DNA from: Bacilli bacterium
GTDB lineage: Bacteria; Bacillota_I; Bacilli_A; RFN20; CAG-631
DNA: 64,000 nucleotides
Reading direction: 5' to 3'
Assembly: GCA_900754115.1 (NCBI GenBank)
Contig: CAAEBM010000055.1
Coordinates: 769-64,768, forward strand
Shown here: positions 19,481 to 30,146 of the stretch, in pieces
Position numbering within the stretch: the stretch's first letter is position 1
Layout of the letters: each line of letters begins with the position of its first letter
Position numbers and translations under genes: made by a program
Notes under the pieces: generated by a model
What the model was told of the DNA's origin: nothing
Database searches by the model: none
Seen by the model: the letters and a program-made list of their open reading frames with translations, nothing else

Positions 19481-20815
19481 ATGAATTTTAAGAAAATTTT
19501 TGTTTTAGCCAAAGAAAAAGGCATTGAGGATTTGGAACTATACATTTCTCAAAATAAAAAATTATCCATCTCTATCTTTCATAAAAAAGTAGAAAGTTAC
19601 AATGTTGCAGAAAATGAAGTTTTATCTGCTAGAGGAATTTATCATGGCAAAATGGGTTGTGCTTACACAGAACGACTTGATTCAGAAATGGCTGAATTTA
19701 TAGTGGATTCAATCATTAAAAATGCGCAAATTATTGAAGAAAACAAAGAAGTTTCTCTTTTTGCTGGCAGTCCAAAATATAAAAAGATGAAAACTTATAA
19801 CGATTCTTTTGCAAAAGTAGCAGTGAAAGATAAAATTGCTCGTTTATTGAAAGCAGAACAAGTTGCTTTAGATTATGATCCTCGGATTGTAGAAGTAGCA
19901 GGTTTATCTTATGAGGAAGAAGAAAATAAAATTTCAATTATCAACTCACAAGGACTAAACCTTTCTCAAAAAACAGTCGATGCAATGTGCTATTGTGAAA
20001 CTTTAGCGAAAGAAAAAGAAGATTCAAAAACAGGCTTTAAATATCAAATTATTTCTAATTTTGAAGAATTTAATCCAGAAAAAGTGGCCATTGATTCGGC
20101 AAAAGAAGCAATTAGTCAACTTTTAGCTGAACCTGTTCGATCTAAAAAATATAAGATTTTATTAGATGCTACTGTTATGGCAAGTATGATTTCCTCTTTA
20201 AAACGTTCTTTATTTGGTGAAAACATTAATAAAAATAAATCGAAATTGATTGATAAATTAAATCAAAAAATAGCAAGTTCAAAAGTGACTTTAATAGAAG
20301 AACCACATAGTAAAAAATATCCCTTTTATTATCGCAGTTTTGATGATGAAGGAGTGGCAACATCTACTAAAAAAATCATCGATAAAGGAGTATTAAAAAC
20401 GTATCTATATAATTTAGAATCAGCACAAGAAGCAAAAGTTGAAACTACGGGAAATGGTTATAAAAATGGACCTCTTGGTGTTGTGGCAACAAATACGGCA
20501 CTTCTTATTTTAAAACCTGGTAAAAAGTCCAAAGAAGAAATAATGCAAAAGATGAAAAATGGATTATATATTACAGGAATTCAAGGTATCCATGCAGGAA
20601 TGGATGGATTGAGCGGTAATTTTTCATTACAAGCAAATGGATATATGATTGAAGATGGAGTCATTGTAAAACCTGTTAATTTAATTACTATTGCGGGTAA
20701 TTTGTTTACTTTATTTGAAACGATTACAGAAGTAGCAAATGATTCAACAATTACCTATAATGGAGTGGAATGTCCAAGTGTTTTTGTTAAAAGTTTAGTT
20801 GTTTCTGGAAAATAA
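19481..20815 (+). CDS. pmbA: TldD partner protein PmbA/TldE.
   Basis: TldD/PmbA family fold without an HExxxH motif. Start at 19481 with a ggagga RBS, 2 nt after the tldD stop. Confidence 0.85.
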   Translation: MNFKKIFVLAKEKGIEDLELYISQNKKLSISIFHKKVESYNVAENEVLSARGIYHGKMGCAYTERLDSEMAEFIVDSIIKNAQIIEENKEVSLFAGSPKYKKMKTYNDSFAKVAVKDKIARLLKAEQVALDYDPRIVEVAGLSYEEEENKISIINSQGLNLSQKTVDAMCYCETLAKEKEDSKTGFKYQIISNFEEFNPEKVAIDSAKEAISQLLAEPVRSKKYKILLDATVMASMISSLKRSLFGENINKNKSKLIDKLNQKIASSKVTLIEEPHSKKYPFYYRSFDDEGVATSTKKIIDKGVLKTYLYNLESAQEAKVETTGNGYKNGPLGVVATNTALLILKPGKKSKEEIMQKMKNGLYITGIQGIHAGMDGLSGNFSLQANGYMIEDGVIVKPVNLITIAGNLFTLFETITEVANDSTITYNGVECPSVFVKSLVVSGK

Positions 20816-20830
20816 AAAAGGAGAAAAAAT

Positions 20831-21640
20831 ATGCTTTGGGAAAATTTAACATCTGAAGAATTTATTGACGCTTTAAAAGTGACTAAAGGAGTAGCAATCA
20901 TTCCAATGGGTTGCTTAGAAAAGCATGGATATCACATGCCTTTAGGAACAGATATGTTTATTGCAAAAGAACTTGCTGAAAAAGCTGCTGAAATAGAACC
21001 AGCTTTAGTCGTACCAATTCATCCTTATGGAATTATTAGTGAAGCACAACATCGTGCAGGTTGTTTATCCATAACAAGCCAATTACAATATCAATTATTA
21101 GAAGAATTATGTGATGAATTAGCACGGAATGGCTATCATAAAATCATGATTATTAATGGACATGGAGGGGCAAAAAACTTCTTACGATATTTTGCTCAAT
21201 CTCGTCTTGAAAAACCACATGATTATGTCGTTTATGTCATTGATGCTCATTTTAGACATGAATATCAAACGCAAGCCTTTTTAAATGAATATGGTCCAAT
21301 GGATGGTGGAGGACATGCAGATATGATTGAAACCAGTGAAATTATGTATTTGCATCCAGATACAGTTCACATGGAACGTTTAGTTCAAGAACAAACCTAT
21401 GAAGATAAACAATTAAATGTTTTAGAAGAAAATGGTGTATTTACCGGCATTTGGTGGTATGCAAAATATCCACAACATATTGCTGGAAATCCTTATAACT
21501 CAACTGCAAAAAAAGGCGAAGTAATCAATAAAATTCACGTTGAAAACATTGCTAAAGCAATTAAAGTGATTAAAGAAGATGATTTATCTTTAAAATTACA
21601 ACAAGAATTTTATAAAAAGACTAAAGATCCAGAAAGATAA
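20831..21640 (+). CDS. Creatininase-family amidohydrolase.
   Basis: LEKHGYHMPLGTD and INGHGG metal-ligand motifs, typical of creatinine amidohydrolase-fold proteins. Confidence 0.8.
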   Translation: MLWENLTSEEFIDALKVTKGVAIIPMGCLEKHGYHMPLGTDMFIAKELAEKAAEIEPALVVPIHPYGIISEAQHRAGCLSITSQLQYQLLEELCDELARNGYHKIMIINGHGGAKNFLRYFAQSRLEKPHDYVVYVIDAHFRHEYQTQAFLNEYGPMDGGGHADMIETSEIMYLHPDTVHMERLVQEQTYEDKQLNVLEENGVFTGIWWYAKYPQHIAGNPYNSTAKKGEVINKIHVENIAKAIKVIKEDDLSLKLQQEFYKKTKDPER

Positions 21641-21644
21641 ATAA

Positions 21645-21676
21645 AAAGCCTCAATGATAGTCATTGGGGCTTTTAT
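21645..21676. terminator. Bidirectional intrinsic terminator between the convergent creatininase-family gene and the FAD-oxidoreductase gene.
   Basis: GCCTCAATGA-TAG-TCATTGGGGC hairpin with T-runs on both strands. Confidence 0.65.
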
Positions 21677-23010
21677 TTACACTTAAATATTTCACCATTG
21701 ATTTTATTAAGATCAATGTGATGTTGATTAGAATAAGCACAAGCCTTTCCAATCACTTCGGCAATATCTCGTAAAGTGGCTTGAATTCGAACAGAAGCTT
21801 CTACTCGAAAACTACAAGATAAATGACGACCGCCGACAATCAAATTATCACAATGTTTAGAGATTAAACAACGATAAGGGATTTCATAATATTCTCCTGG
21901 TTGGTAACGATGTAAATCTTCTTCTTTTATTTCATGGTCATGATGAACATCTACATACCAATCTGCTTTGGCGATTCCATCTTTAAATTTTGCTTGATTC
22001 AAATAATCTTGTTCAGTTAAAACATAATCACCAATAATACGAACTGATTCACGAATACCTAACATATCTGCAATTTTACTGACAAAGGCGTTTTCAAATC
22101 CAGGGATATATTGAATTAAAAAACGACTGAATCGTTGTATCATCATTCTGCCTTCACTGGCATAATGACTAAAACCTTCAGGAGTATTGACATCATGGCT
22201 ATTTGGTAATTCAGGGCAATTAAAAGACATGACATTTGCTTTTCCTGGTAAAGAAAAACCTTGAATGTATTTAACATCGGCAGCAGTAATAACTTGATCT
22301 TTAATGGCTTGATTAAAATAAGGAAGTAAAGCCTTATCTCTAATAAATTCTAAACGATTTGACTCTTCTAAAGGAGGAATTCCAAATCCTTCATATTGAA
22401 TAGATCGTAAAAAAGAACACAATTTGTAATAATCCACATTTGCCATTTCAAAACGTAAAGAAACAGATTGATGCATGCCATTTTCTCCTTGGTCATCAAT
22501 GGGGACTTGGGCCGCTTTACTGACACAAGCTTCTGCGGTTGTATCGACAAAAGTTTTAGCTTCTATTGCATATAAATCATTGTGAATATAGGCTATAGCA
22601 TAAAGAATTTTATTGTTTTCTTTAATGACATCAATAAACGTAGCATCATAATAAATTTGTCCTTTCATTTGTCTAATCTTTGAGTCATAAAAATTAGCAA
22701 AATCTTCTCCATTGAAGCATAAAGCATAAGGGCCTCCATTATATCTTGATTGAGGACTATATTTTAAAAATTCTTCATTTAACTTTTTGGTTAAGGTTCC
22801 ACAACCGACTTTTGTTGCCATGAATGGATGAACTAAAGCACGAGTTTCACTTCCACATAAATAAATTCCTTTTTCTAAAACGATAACAGATTGTTGTTGT
22901 TCTAAAGCCGATAATGCCGCAACAACTCCACTTGTTCCTCCGCCGACTACTAAAACATCACAAGAATTTAAAAGTTTTACTTCTTTTTGATTGTATACGA
23001 TTGTTTTCAT
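21673..23010 (-). CDS. FAD-dependent oxidoreductase (PF12831-like).
   Basis: N-terminal dinucleotide-binding motif VLVVGGGTSGVVAA. 445 aa. Confidence 0.75.
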   Translation of the reverse strand: MKTIVYNQKEVKLLNSCDVLVVGGGTSGVVAALSALEQQQSVIVLEKGIYLCGSETRALVHPFMATKVGCGTLTKKLNEEFLKYSPQSRYNGGPYALCFNGEDFANFYDSKIRQMKGQIYYDATFIDVIKENNKILYAIAYIHNDLYAIEAKTFVDTTAEACVSKAAQVPIDDQGENGMHQSVSLRFEMANVDYYKLCSFLRSIQYEGFGIPPLEESNRLEFIRDKALLPYFNQAIKDQVITAADVKYIQGFSLPGKANVMSFNCPELPNSHDVNTPEGFSHYASEGRMMIQRFSRFLIQYIPGFENAFVSKIADMLGIRESVRIIGDYVLTEQDYLNQAKFKDGIAKADWYVDVHHDHEIKEEDLHRYQPGEYYEIPYRCLISKHCDNLIVGGRHLSCSFRVEASVRIQATLRDIAEVIGKACAYSNQHHIDLNKINGEIFKCK

Positions 23011-23091
23011 CTTTTATCACCCTTTTTATTGTATCTCAAATAACAAAAAAAAGATAGAATGTTGTATAATAAAAAAAAGGAGAAATGATAT

Positions 23092-23544
23092 ATGGACATG
23101 TTAGTGAATTTATACGCAATAGATTATAAATTTCAATTACAAGAAGGAATTGAAATTCAAAGAATTTTGTCTCCTAATATTTTTTTGTTAGAAGAATTTA
23201 TTGAAAAACATTTTACAAAATCTTGGGCAAGTGAGGCTAAAGCGGCTTGTTATAAAAACAATCCAACTTGTTTTATTGCAATTGCAGATAAAAAAATTGT
23301 TGGTTTTGCCTGTTTTGATGCTACAACCAAAGGTTTTTTTGGACCAATAGGAGTAGATCCTAATAAAAGACATCAAGGAATTGCAAAAGCTTTAATTTTA
23401 ACTACGCTGCATGCAATGAAAGAAGACGGATATGCTTACGCAATTATTGGTAGTGCTGGGGATAATGTAATTGAAATGTATAAAAAAGTGTGTCATGCCA
23501 CACCAATTGAACTAGGACCTTCTGTGTATCAAAGAATGATTTAG
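23092..23544 (+). CDS. GNAT-family N-acetyltransferase.
   Basis: Acetyl-CoA binding motif region (RHQGIAKAL). 150 aa. Confidence 0.8.
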   Translation: MDMLVNLYAIDYKFQLQEGIEIQRILSPNIFLLEEFIEKHFTKSWASEAKAACYKNNPTCFIAIADKKIVGFACFDATTKGFFGPIGVDPNKRHQGIAKALILTTLHAMKEDGYAYAIIGSAGDNVIEMYKKVCHATPIELGPSVYQRMI

Positions 23545-24362
23545 CGGCCTAAAAATATGGTAAAAATACCGATTAAAACTAAATAAATTGCAAAATAGCG
23601 ATAATGACGATTATTAAATTTTTTAAAAATAAAGGTTAAAGAAAAATAAGTAAAAATAAAGGCAACTACCATCGCAATGATAGATAAAATAAGAATGTTA
23701 TAATCAGCAAATAATTGGCTTGCATCTTTTAAAGAAAAGATAAAACTTCCCAAAGCAGCAGGAATGAAGAGTAAAAAAGCAAATTCTTTTGCTTTTTCTT
23801 GCTTTAAAGAAGAGCATTTTGCTCCACTAAGGGTCATTCCACTTCGAGAAACTCCCGGAAAGATACCAATCAATTGCGAAAATCCAGTAATGATTGCTGT
23901 TTTTAAATCGACTTGTTCTTTAGTGCCTTCTTTAATGAAACTGATTATAAATAAAACAAAAGCAGTAAAAAGAAAACTAAGTCCTACAAAAATTAAATTT
24001 GAAAATAAAGATTCAATTTTATCTTGAAAAAGAATTCCAACAATACCGATTGGAATACTTGCAATACAAACATAAACCACCAGTAAGAAATCTTCTTTTC
24101 TTTCTTTTCTTTTATGAATGATGTATTGATACGTGCCACTAATCATTTTAAAAATTAATTTTTTGAAAAAAATGAGCAAAGCCAGCAATGATGCAAAGTG
24201 TAAAAAGATAGTAAAAGTAGCGATTGCATTCTCATTGACTTTTAAAAGATGTTGAGCAACCATTAAATGTCCACTGCTTGAAATGGGAAGAATTTCAGAT
24301 ATTCCTTGTAAAAAACCTAAAAAGATATATTTTAAGAGTTCAATGAATCGTTCCATGCGCAT
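23541..24362 (-). CDS. uppP: Undecaprenyl-diphosphate phosphatase.
   Basis: ISSSGHL and PGVSRSGMT signature motifs of BacA/UppP. Polytopic membrane protein. Confidence 0.9.
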   Translation of the reverse strand: MRMERFIELLKYIFLGFLQGISEILPISSSGHLMVAQHLLKVNENAIATFTIFLHFASLLALLIFFKKLIFKMISGTYQYIIHKRKERKEDFLLVVYVCIASIPIGIVGILFQDKIESLFSNLIFVGLSFLFTAFVLFIISFIKEGTKEQVDLKTAIITGFSQLIGIFPGVSRSGMTLSGAKCSSLKQEKAKEFAFLLFIPAALGSFIFSLKDASQLFADYNILILSIIAMVVAFIFTYFSLTFIFKKFNNRHYRYFAIYLVLIGIFTIFLGR

Positions 24363-25255
24363 ACCCCTTTAATATAATTATAAATTTCATTTAAAGGATT
24401 ATGCCTCATATCAAACCAGCAAACGTCAAATTGATGATTTAACCACGTCATTTGTCGTTTTCTGTATTGTCTTGTTTTTAATTTAATTTGTTCTTTGCAT
24501 TCACTTAAAGTACACTTGTTGTTTAAATAATCTTGAATTTGTTGATATCCAATGGCTTTTGAAGCGGTTGAAGTCGTTGGATGATTTTGAACTTCTTCTA
24601 AAATTGGTTCTTTAAACATTTTTTCTACCCGTTGATTGATTTTTTGATTTAATTCTTCTACAGGTAAAGTTAGGCCAATAAAAAGGCAATCATAAATGAG
24701 GTGATGTTGTTGTTTGTTTAATAACGTTGATTTTGCTTCACCGGTATGTTCATAAATTTCAATTGCTCGTAAAACTCTTCTACGATTATTAGGATGTAAA
24801 ATTTTTGCACTCTCTTCATCAATTTGACTTAAATAATCAAATAATTGCTGATTGGTGTAATTTTCGTATTTTTTTTCAATCCTTTGATGGGTATCTTCCA
24901 CTTGTTCTTTAAATTCATAATCATATAAAGCTGCTTTAATATAAAGCCCAGTTCCTCCAACAATAATAGGGACTTTATTTCTTTCTTGAATTTCTTTTAT
25001 TTTTAAACGAATATTTTTTTGATAATCTGCGACATTATAATTTTCTTCAATTGGTAAAAAACTGAATAAGTGATGAGGAATGCCGTCCATTTCCTCTTTT
25101 TTTATTTTAGCAGTTAAAATATCTAATCCCTTATATACTTGCATTGCATCTCCATTAATAATTTCCCCGTTGATTTTTTTGGCTAGTTGAACAGAAATAT
25201 TTGTCTTTCCAACAGCAGTAGGACCAACAATAACGATAATTTTAGAAGTCATCAT
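24332..25255 (-). CDS. miaA: tRNA dimethylallyltransferase.
   Basis: P-loop IVGPTAVGKT. 307 aa. Downstream of mutL, as in many Firmicutes. Confidence 0.93.
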   Translation of the reverse strand: MMTSKIIVIVGPTAVGKTNISVQLAKKINGEIINGDAMQVYKGLDILTAKIKKEEMDGIPHHLFSFLPIEENYNVADYQKNIRLKIKEIQERNKVPIIVGGTGLYIKAALYDYEFKEQVEDTHQRIEKKYENYTNQQLFDYLSQIDEESAKILHPNNRRRVLRAIEIYEHTGEAKSTLLNKQQHHLIYDCLFIGLTLPVEELNQKINQRVEKMFKEPILEEVQNHPTTSTASKAIGYQQIQDYLNNKCTLSECKEQIKLKTRQYRKRQMTWLNHQFDVCWFDMRHNPLNEIYNYIKGVCAWNDSLNS

Positions 25256-26985
25256 TACGTTCTTTTAAATGCTTTTTGTAATTCTTGTAAAGTGTATTTT
25301 AAAATTGTTGGCCGACCATGAGGGCAAGTATAAGGATTTTTGCAAGCAAATAAATCATGGATTAATTTTTCCATATCGGCAATAGAAAGATGAGAATTTG
25401 CTTTTAAAGAGGCTTTGCAAGCTAATGTTGCAATGGCATAATCTTTTAAAGCATTTAAATCGATTTTTTTATTTTGAATAATTTGTTCTATTAGCGTTTC
25501 AACATAAGTCTTGAGATCAATTTTATCTAAATAATAAGGAACATGAGTAACTTTAATGGCGTTATTTCCAAAAGGTTCTGCATCAATTTTTACTTCTTTA
25601 AGCAAATCTAGATGAGATAGAAGTTCTTGATAATCACTATTAGATAATTCAATGACTAAGGGAAATAATAAGTCGATGGAATGGTGGTTTTCTAAAAATA
25701 GATTTTGATATCGTTCATAACGTATACGTTCTGCTGCTGCGTGTTGATCTATCAAAATAAAACCATCTTGACTTTGAGCAACAATATAAGTCCCATGAAT
25801 TTGACCAATTGGGACATAATAAAAATCTTGTTTTAAAACTTCATTTGGAACACTTAATTCCGTTTCCTTTGCATTTTCCATTTGTAAAGTGGAAACAGAA
25901 TGATATTCTTCTTGTTTTTCTTGTAAAGAAAAATCAAAAAAAGATTGAACAGGAAGAGGTTCTTGTTTCGTAGATGAAATTCGAATATCATTGATTTTTG
26001 TCGTTTTTGTTAATGTTTGATGAATGGTTTCTTTGACTAAACGACGTAAATCCAATTCTTTAGAGATACGAATATCTTGTTTCGTAGGATGAATATTAAC
26101 ATCTAAAATAGTAGGATCCGTTTCAATATATAAAACAGTAAAAGGATAACGATTTTCAAACAATAATTCATGATAGCCATCTATGATGCTATCACTTAAT
26201 CCTTTGTTTTTAATATATCGGCCATTGACATAAGTAAAAATGCTGTAACGATTGGATTTGCTAAAAGTAATCGCACTTGTCCATCCATAAATTTTAAAAT
26301 CATTAGTTTGTGCTTCAAAAGCATGCATATTTTTAGCAACTTGTAATCCAAATACTTTTGCTAAGATTTCAATGGTATCGTTTTTCCCACTAGTTTGAAA
26401 AATCAATTTTTCATTTGAATATAAAGAAAAACGAATTTCTGGGTGAGCCAAAGCAAGTTTATTGGTGATATCTAAAATAGTAGAAAATTCAGTGGAATCT
26501 GCTTTTAAATATTTTAAACGTGCAGGAGTGTTATAAAATAGTTCTTCTACTTGAATAATGGTTCCCTTTGCATAAGCACAAGGTTCAATTGATACAATAT
26601 CACTATTGATACAAACTAATTTGGTTCCAATTTGGTTTTGTTCACATGTCATTAAAGTGAATTTTGAAACAGAACTAATTGCACTTAAAGCTTCCCCTCG
26701 AAATCCCATGGTTTGAATGGAAAACAAATCATAATCGGTTTTAATTTTGCTTGTTGCGTGTCGACGAATGGATAAAATGGCATCTTCTTTAGACATGCCA
26801 ATTCCATTATCTTTTACTTCAATAAGAGTTCTTCCCCCATCAATAATGCGAATTTGAATTTCTGATGCTTGTGCATCGATACTATTTTCAACTAATTCTT
26901 TGACAACACTAGCAGGGCGTTCTACCACTTCACCAGCTGCAATTTTATCCGCTAAAGCCGGATCTAAAATAGAAATGCGATTCAT
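25255..26985 (-). CDS. mutL: DNA mismatch repair protein MutL.
   Basis: GHKL ATPase motifs (ELVENSIDA, DNGIGM). MutL C-terminal domain. Confidence 0.95.
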   Translation of the reverse strand: MNRISILDPALADKIAAGEVVERPASVVKELVENSIDAQASEIQIRIIDGGRTLIEVKDNGIGMSKEDAILSIRRHATSKIKTDYDLFSIQTMGFRGEALSAISSVSKFTLMTCEQNQIGTKLVCINSDIVSIEPCAYAKGTIIQVEELFYNTPARLKYLKADSTEFSTILDITNKLALAHPEIRFSLYSNEKLIFQTSGKNDTIEILAKVFGLQVAKNMHAFEAQTNDFKIYGWTSAITFSKSNRYSIFTYVNGRYIKNKGLSDSIIDGYHELLFENRYPFTVLYIETDPTILDVNIHPTKQDIRISKELDLRRLVKETIHQTLTKTTKINDIRISSTKQEPLPVQSFFDFSLQEKQEEYHSVSTLQMENAKETELSVPNEVLKQDFYYVPIGQIHGTYIVAQSQDGFILIDQHAAAERIRYERYQNLFLENHHSIDLLFPLVIELSNSDYQELLSHLDLLKEVKIDAEPFGNNAIKVTHVPYYLDKIDLKTYVETLIEQIIQNKKIDLNALKDYAIATLACKASLKANSHLSIADMEKLIHDLFACKNPYTCPHGRPTILKYTLQELQKAFKRT

Positions 26986-29523
26986 TTATTCCCCTTCTTT
27001 CATTTTTTGTTTTAACTGATAGATGAAATTTAATGCTTCCATTGGCGAAGATTCTAAAGGATTAAAATCTTGAAGTTCTTTTAGCCATTTTGGATCTTGT
27101 TTTTTCTTTTCTATTGTTTGGTAAACAGGAACAGAAACGGAAGAAGAATGTGTTTCTTTTTCAATTAAAATATCTTTTGCTCGTTGTAATAAAGAATCGG
27201 GTAAATGAGCTAATTTAGCAACATTAACTCCATATGATTTATTAGTGGCTCCAGGAATCATTTTGTATAAGAAAGTAACTTTTTCATTTTCTTCTACAAC
27301 TGCTGCATGTAAATTTGTCAATCCTTTTAAAGAAGTGGATAATGCGGTCAATTCGTGATAATGGGTAGAAAATAAAGTAATTGCTTGTATATGCATACAA
27401 ATATATTCAATAATCGCTTGTGCTAAAGCCATTCCATCAAACGTTGCCGTTCCTCGACCGACTTCATCAAAAATAATCAGTGAATTTTTTGTTGCATGTT
27501 GTAAGGCATAGTTTACTTCATTCATTTCTAACATAAAGGTGGATTGTCCAGAAATCATGTCATCACTTGCTCCGATTCGTGTATAAATTCCATCAAAAAT
27601 AGGTAAATCTGCGGCATCAGCAGCGACAAAACAACCCATTTGCGCCATGATAATGGCTACAGCAACTTGACGCATATAGGTGGACTTTCCTCCCATATTA
27701 GGACCACTGATTAAGAGAAAATGAGCATTTTCATCAATGTGAACATCATTTGGGATATAGGTGGTAGAACGATTAATTGCTTCCATGACAGGATGACGAC
27801 CATTGATGATATTGATTTGATTTTGTTGATTAAATGTCGGTCTTACATAATGATTTAAGACTGAAATTTCAGCAAAAGAACGAATGACATCTAAATAAGA
27901 AATGACATCTGCTACTTGTTGAATTTCTTTTGTTAAGGATTTGACATCATTTCGTAATTGGTTAAAGATTTCATATTCTAGTTTGATGATTTTATCGTCA
28001 GCACTTAAAATAAATTTTTCTTTTTCTTTTAATTCTTCTGTGATAAAGCGTTCTGAATTAGAAGTGGTTTGTTGACGAATGTAACCAAATTCTTCTTTAA
28101 TAGATCCTAAATAAGATTTGGTGACTTCAATATAATAACCAAAAACTTTATTAAAACCGATTTTTAAAGTTTTAATTCCTGTTTTTTCTCTCTCTTTGTT
28201 TTCTAAATTAGCCAAATAATTTTTTCCATCTTTACTAGCCATTTTTAAATCATCCAATGTTGAATCAAAACCGGCTTTAATCATTCCTCCTTCTTTTACA
28301 CTTAAAGGAGGATTTTCACAAAGAGCAGCTTCTAATTTTTGTACCATAGAATCTAAAGTTAAAATTTTATCACTAAAAGAGATTAAAGAAAGATCATTTA
28401 GTAATTGTTTAATAGAAGGCATGACTTTGAATGATTTTAAAAGTTGCAATAAATCTCTTGCATTGGCATTACCATAACTGATTTTAGCGATTAATCGTTC
28501 TAAATCATAAACTTCATTCAAATAAATTGCCAATTCTTGGCGTTTTAAATAATCTTTTGTAAAAGTTTCTACATGAGTTAAACGTTCTTCAATAGCGCTT
28601 TTTTCATATAAAGGTTTATTGATAAATTTTTTTAAAAGTCTTGCACCCATGGCTGTTTTTGTTTTATCTAATAACCAACATAAACTTCCATATCGGTCAT
28701 CACTACGAACGGTTCTTGTCAATTCTAAATTAATTGCAGAGTTATTATCAATTTTTAAAAATTGAGAAGATCGAATAACAGAAGCAATTTTTAAATATTC
28801 AATGGGTCTTTTTTGGGTATTTGTCAAGTAAAAAACAAGTTTAGATAAAGTGTGAACTTGTCTAACATCTTGAATATTAGCGGTAATTTCATGTATTTCT
28901 AAAGGCATAGCCTCTTCTTCTGAAATTGTAATGAAAAATTGGCCTTTTTTGTTAAAGTCTTTACTATATTTTGCTTTAATTGTAGGGGTTGTCACAATTT
29001 CTTTACATTCTAAAGATAAAAGTTCATTAATCAAAAGGAAAACATCATGAGCAATGTTCATTACTCCTAGTTCTCCAGTTGATAAATCACAATAGGCGAG
29101 ACAAAAAAAAGTAGTAAAATCATCGACATACGTGATAAAATTATTTTTCTTTTCATCAAGTCCTAAATTAATTAACGTTCCTGGCGTAATGATTTGAACG
29201 ACATCTCTTTTAACAATTCCTTTTAAAACAGTTTGAGGATCTTCTAATTGTTCTACTATGCCCACTTTGTATCCTTTTTTAATTAAAGTTTCGATATAAG
29301 AAGTAATAGAATGATAAGGCACTCCACACATTGGAACCTTTTCATCGGCTCCTGCATTTTTTCCAGTTAAAACTAGTTCTAAAACTTTAGAAGCAATTTT
29401 TGCATCTTCAAAAAACAATTCGTAAAAATCACCCAAACGAAAAAGAATCAATGTATCAGGATATTGTTCTTTGATTTCTAAATATTGCATCATCATTGGA
29501 GTATATTTTGGCTTATCTTTCAT
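26986..29523 (-). CDS. mutS: DNA mismatch repair protein MutS.
   Basis: Walker A GPNMGGKST. N-terminal mismatch-binding domain (MMQQYLEIK). 845 aa. Confidence 0.97.
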   Translation of the reverse strand: MKDKPKYTPMMMQYLEIKEQYPDTLILFRLGDFYELFFEDAKIASKVLELVLTGKNAGADEKVPMCGVPYHSITSYIETLIKKGYKVGIVEQLEDPQTVLKGIVKRDVVQIITPGTLINLGLDEKKNNFITYVDDFTTFFCLAYCDLSTGELGVMNIAHDVFLLINELLSLECKEIVTTPTIKAKYSKDFNKKGQFFITISEEEAMPLEIHEITANIQDVRQVHTLSKLVFYLTNTQKRPIEYLKIASVIRSSQFLKIDNNSAINLELTRTVRSDDRYGSLCWLLDKTKTAMGARLLKKFINKPLYEKSAIEERLTHVETFTKDYLKRQELAIYLNEVYDLERLIAKISYGNANARDLLQLLKSFKVMPSIKQLLNDLSLISFSDKILTLDSMVQKLEAALCENPPLSVKEGGMIKAGFDSTLDDLKMASKDGKNYLANLENKEREKTGIKTLKIGFNKVFGYYIEVTKSYLGSIKEEFGYIRQQTTSNSERFITEELKEKEKFILSADDKIIKLEYEIFNQLRNDVKSLTKEIQQVADVISYLDVIRSFAEISVLNHYVRPTFNQQNQINIINGRHPVMEAINRSTTYIPNDVHIDENAHFLLISGPNMGGKSTYMRQVAVAIIMAQMGCFVAADAADLPIFDGIYTRIGASDDMISGQSTFMLEMNEVNYALQHATKNSLIIFDEVGRGTATFDGMALAQAIIEYICMHIQAITLFSTHYHELTALSTSLKGLTNLHAAVVEENEKVTFLYKMIPGATNKSYGVNVAKLAHLPDSLLQRAKDILIEKETHSSSVSVPVYQTIEKKKQDPKWLKELQDFNPLESSPMEALNFIYQLKQKMKEGE

Positions 29524-29620
29524 ACTAACACCTCTACTGTCTTTTTTATTTTAACATAAAATAAAAGAAAAAAGAATTTTTTCTCCAAAAATTCGACTTA
29601 AAAAGTTCATCATTCTTTCA

Positions 29621-29649
29621 TTGGAATTTTAAAGCAGTTGTGGTATGAT
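29621..29649 (+). promoter_or_regulatory. SigA-type promoter (TTGGAA-N17-TATGAT with an extended -10 TG) for the tsaE operon.
   Basis: TTGGAA at 29621-29626 and TGGTATGAT at 29641-29649, about 30 nt upstream of the GTG start at 29679. Confidence 0.55.
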
Positions 29650-29678
29650 TATGGTGGTTTTAAGGAGAGAAAAAGCAA

Positions 29679-30146
29679 GTGGAATATAAAAGTAAAAATG
29701 TGAAAGATACTTTAGCTTTTGCAGCCCTTCTCGCTAAAGAAATTCCTTATGGAAGCATTCTTTTATTAAATGGAGATTTAGGCGCAGGAAAGACAACTTT
29801 TGTGCAAGGGTTTGGAAAAGCGTTAGGAATAAAAACACCGATTACTAGTCCAACTTTTACGATTATGAAAAAATATCCGATTAGTGCGAATCATGAATTA
29901 GTGCATGTCGATGCTTATCGGTTAGAAAATAGCGTTTTTATGGAATTAGAAGATGAAATTACACCCAACAATATCGTAATCATTGAATGGAGTAAGTTTC
30001 TTTTAAACCAAGATTTATTAAAAGAATTTCTTTCCATTGATCTTGTTTATGTCAGCAAAAATCAAAGAAAACTGACCATTAAAGCACAAGGAGAAAAATA
30101 TCAAAAAATATTGAATCAGGTGATAAAATGTATAAATTGTATTTAG
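29679..30146 (+). CDS. tsaE: tRNA t6A37 biosynthesis ATPase TsaE.
   Basis: GDLGAGKTTF Walker A motif. 155 aa. GTG start after an aaggagag RBS. Confidence 0.85.
   Translation: MEYKSKNVKDTLAFAALLAKEIPYGSILLLNGDLGAGKTTFVQGFGKALGIKTPITSPTFTIMKKYPISANHELVHVDAYRLENSVFMELEDEITPNNIVIIEWSKFLLNQDLLKEFLSIDLVYVSKNQRKLTIKAQGEKYQKILNQVIKCINCI

Noticed and set aside
18021-19937. Minus-strand ORFs 18021-18254, 18125-18307, 18323-18547 and 19731-19937
   Set aside because: They are antisense to tldD/pmbA or lie in the divergent promoter region and have a hydrophobic low-complexity composition.
22368-24027. ORFs 22368-22550, 23188-23376 and 23764-24027
   Set aside because: They are embedded in or antisense to the FAD oxidoreductase, GNAT and uppP genes.
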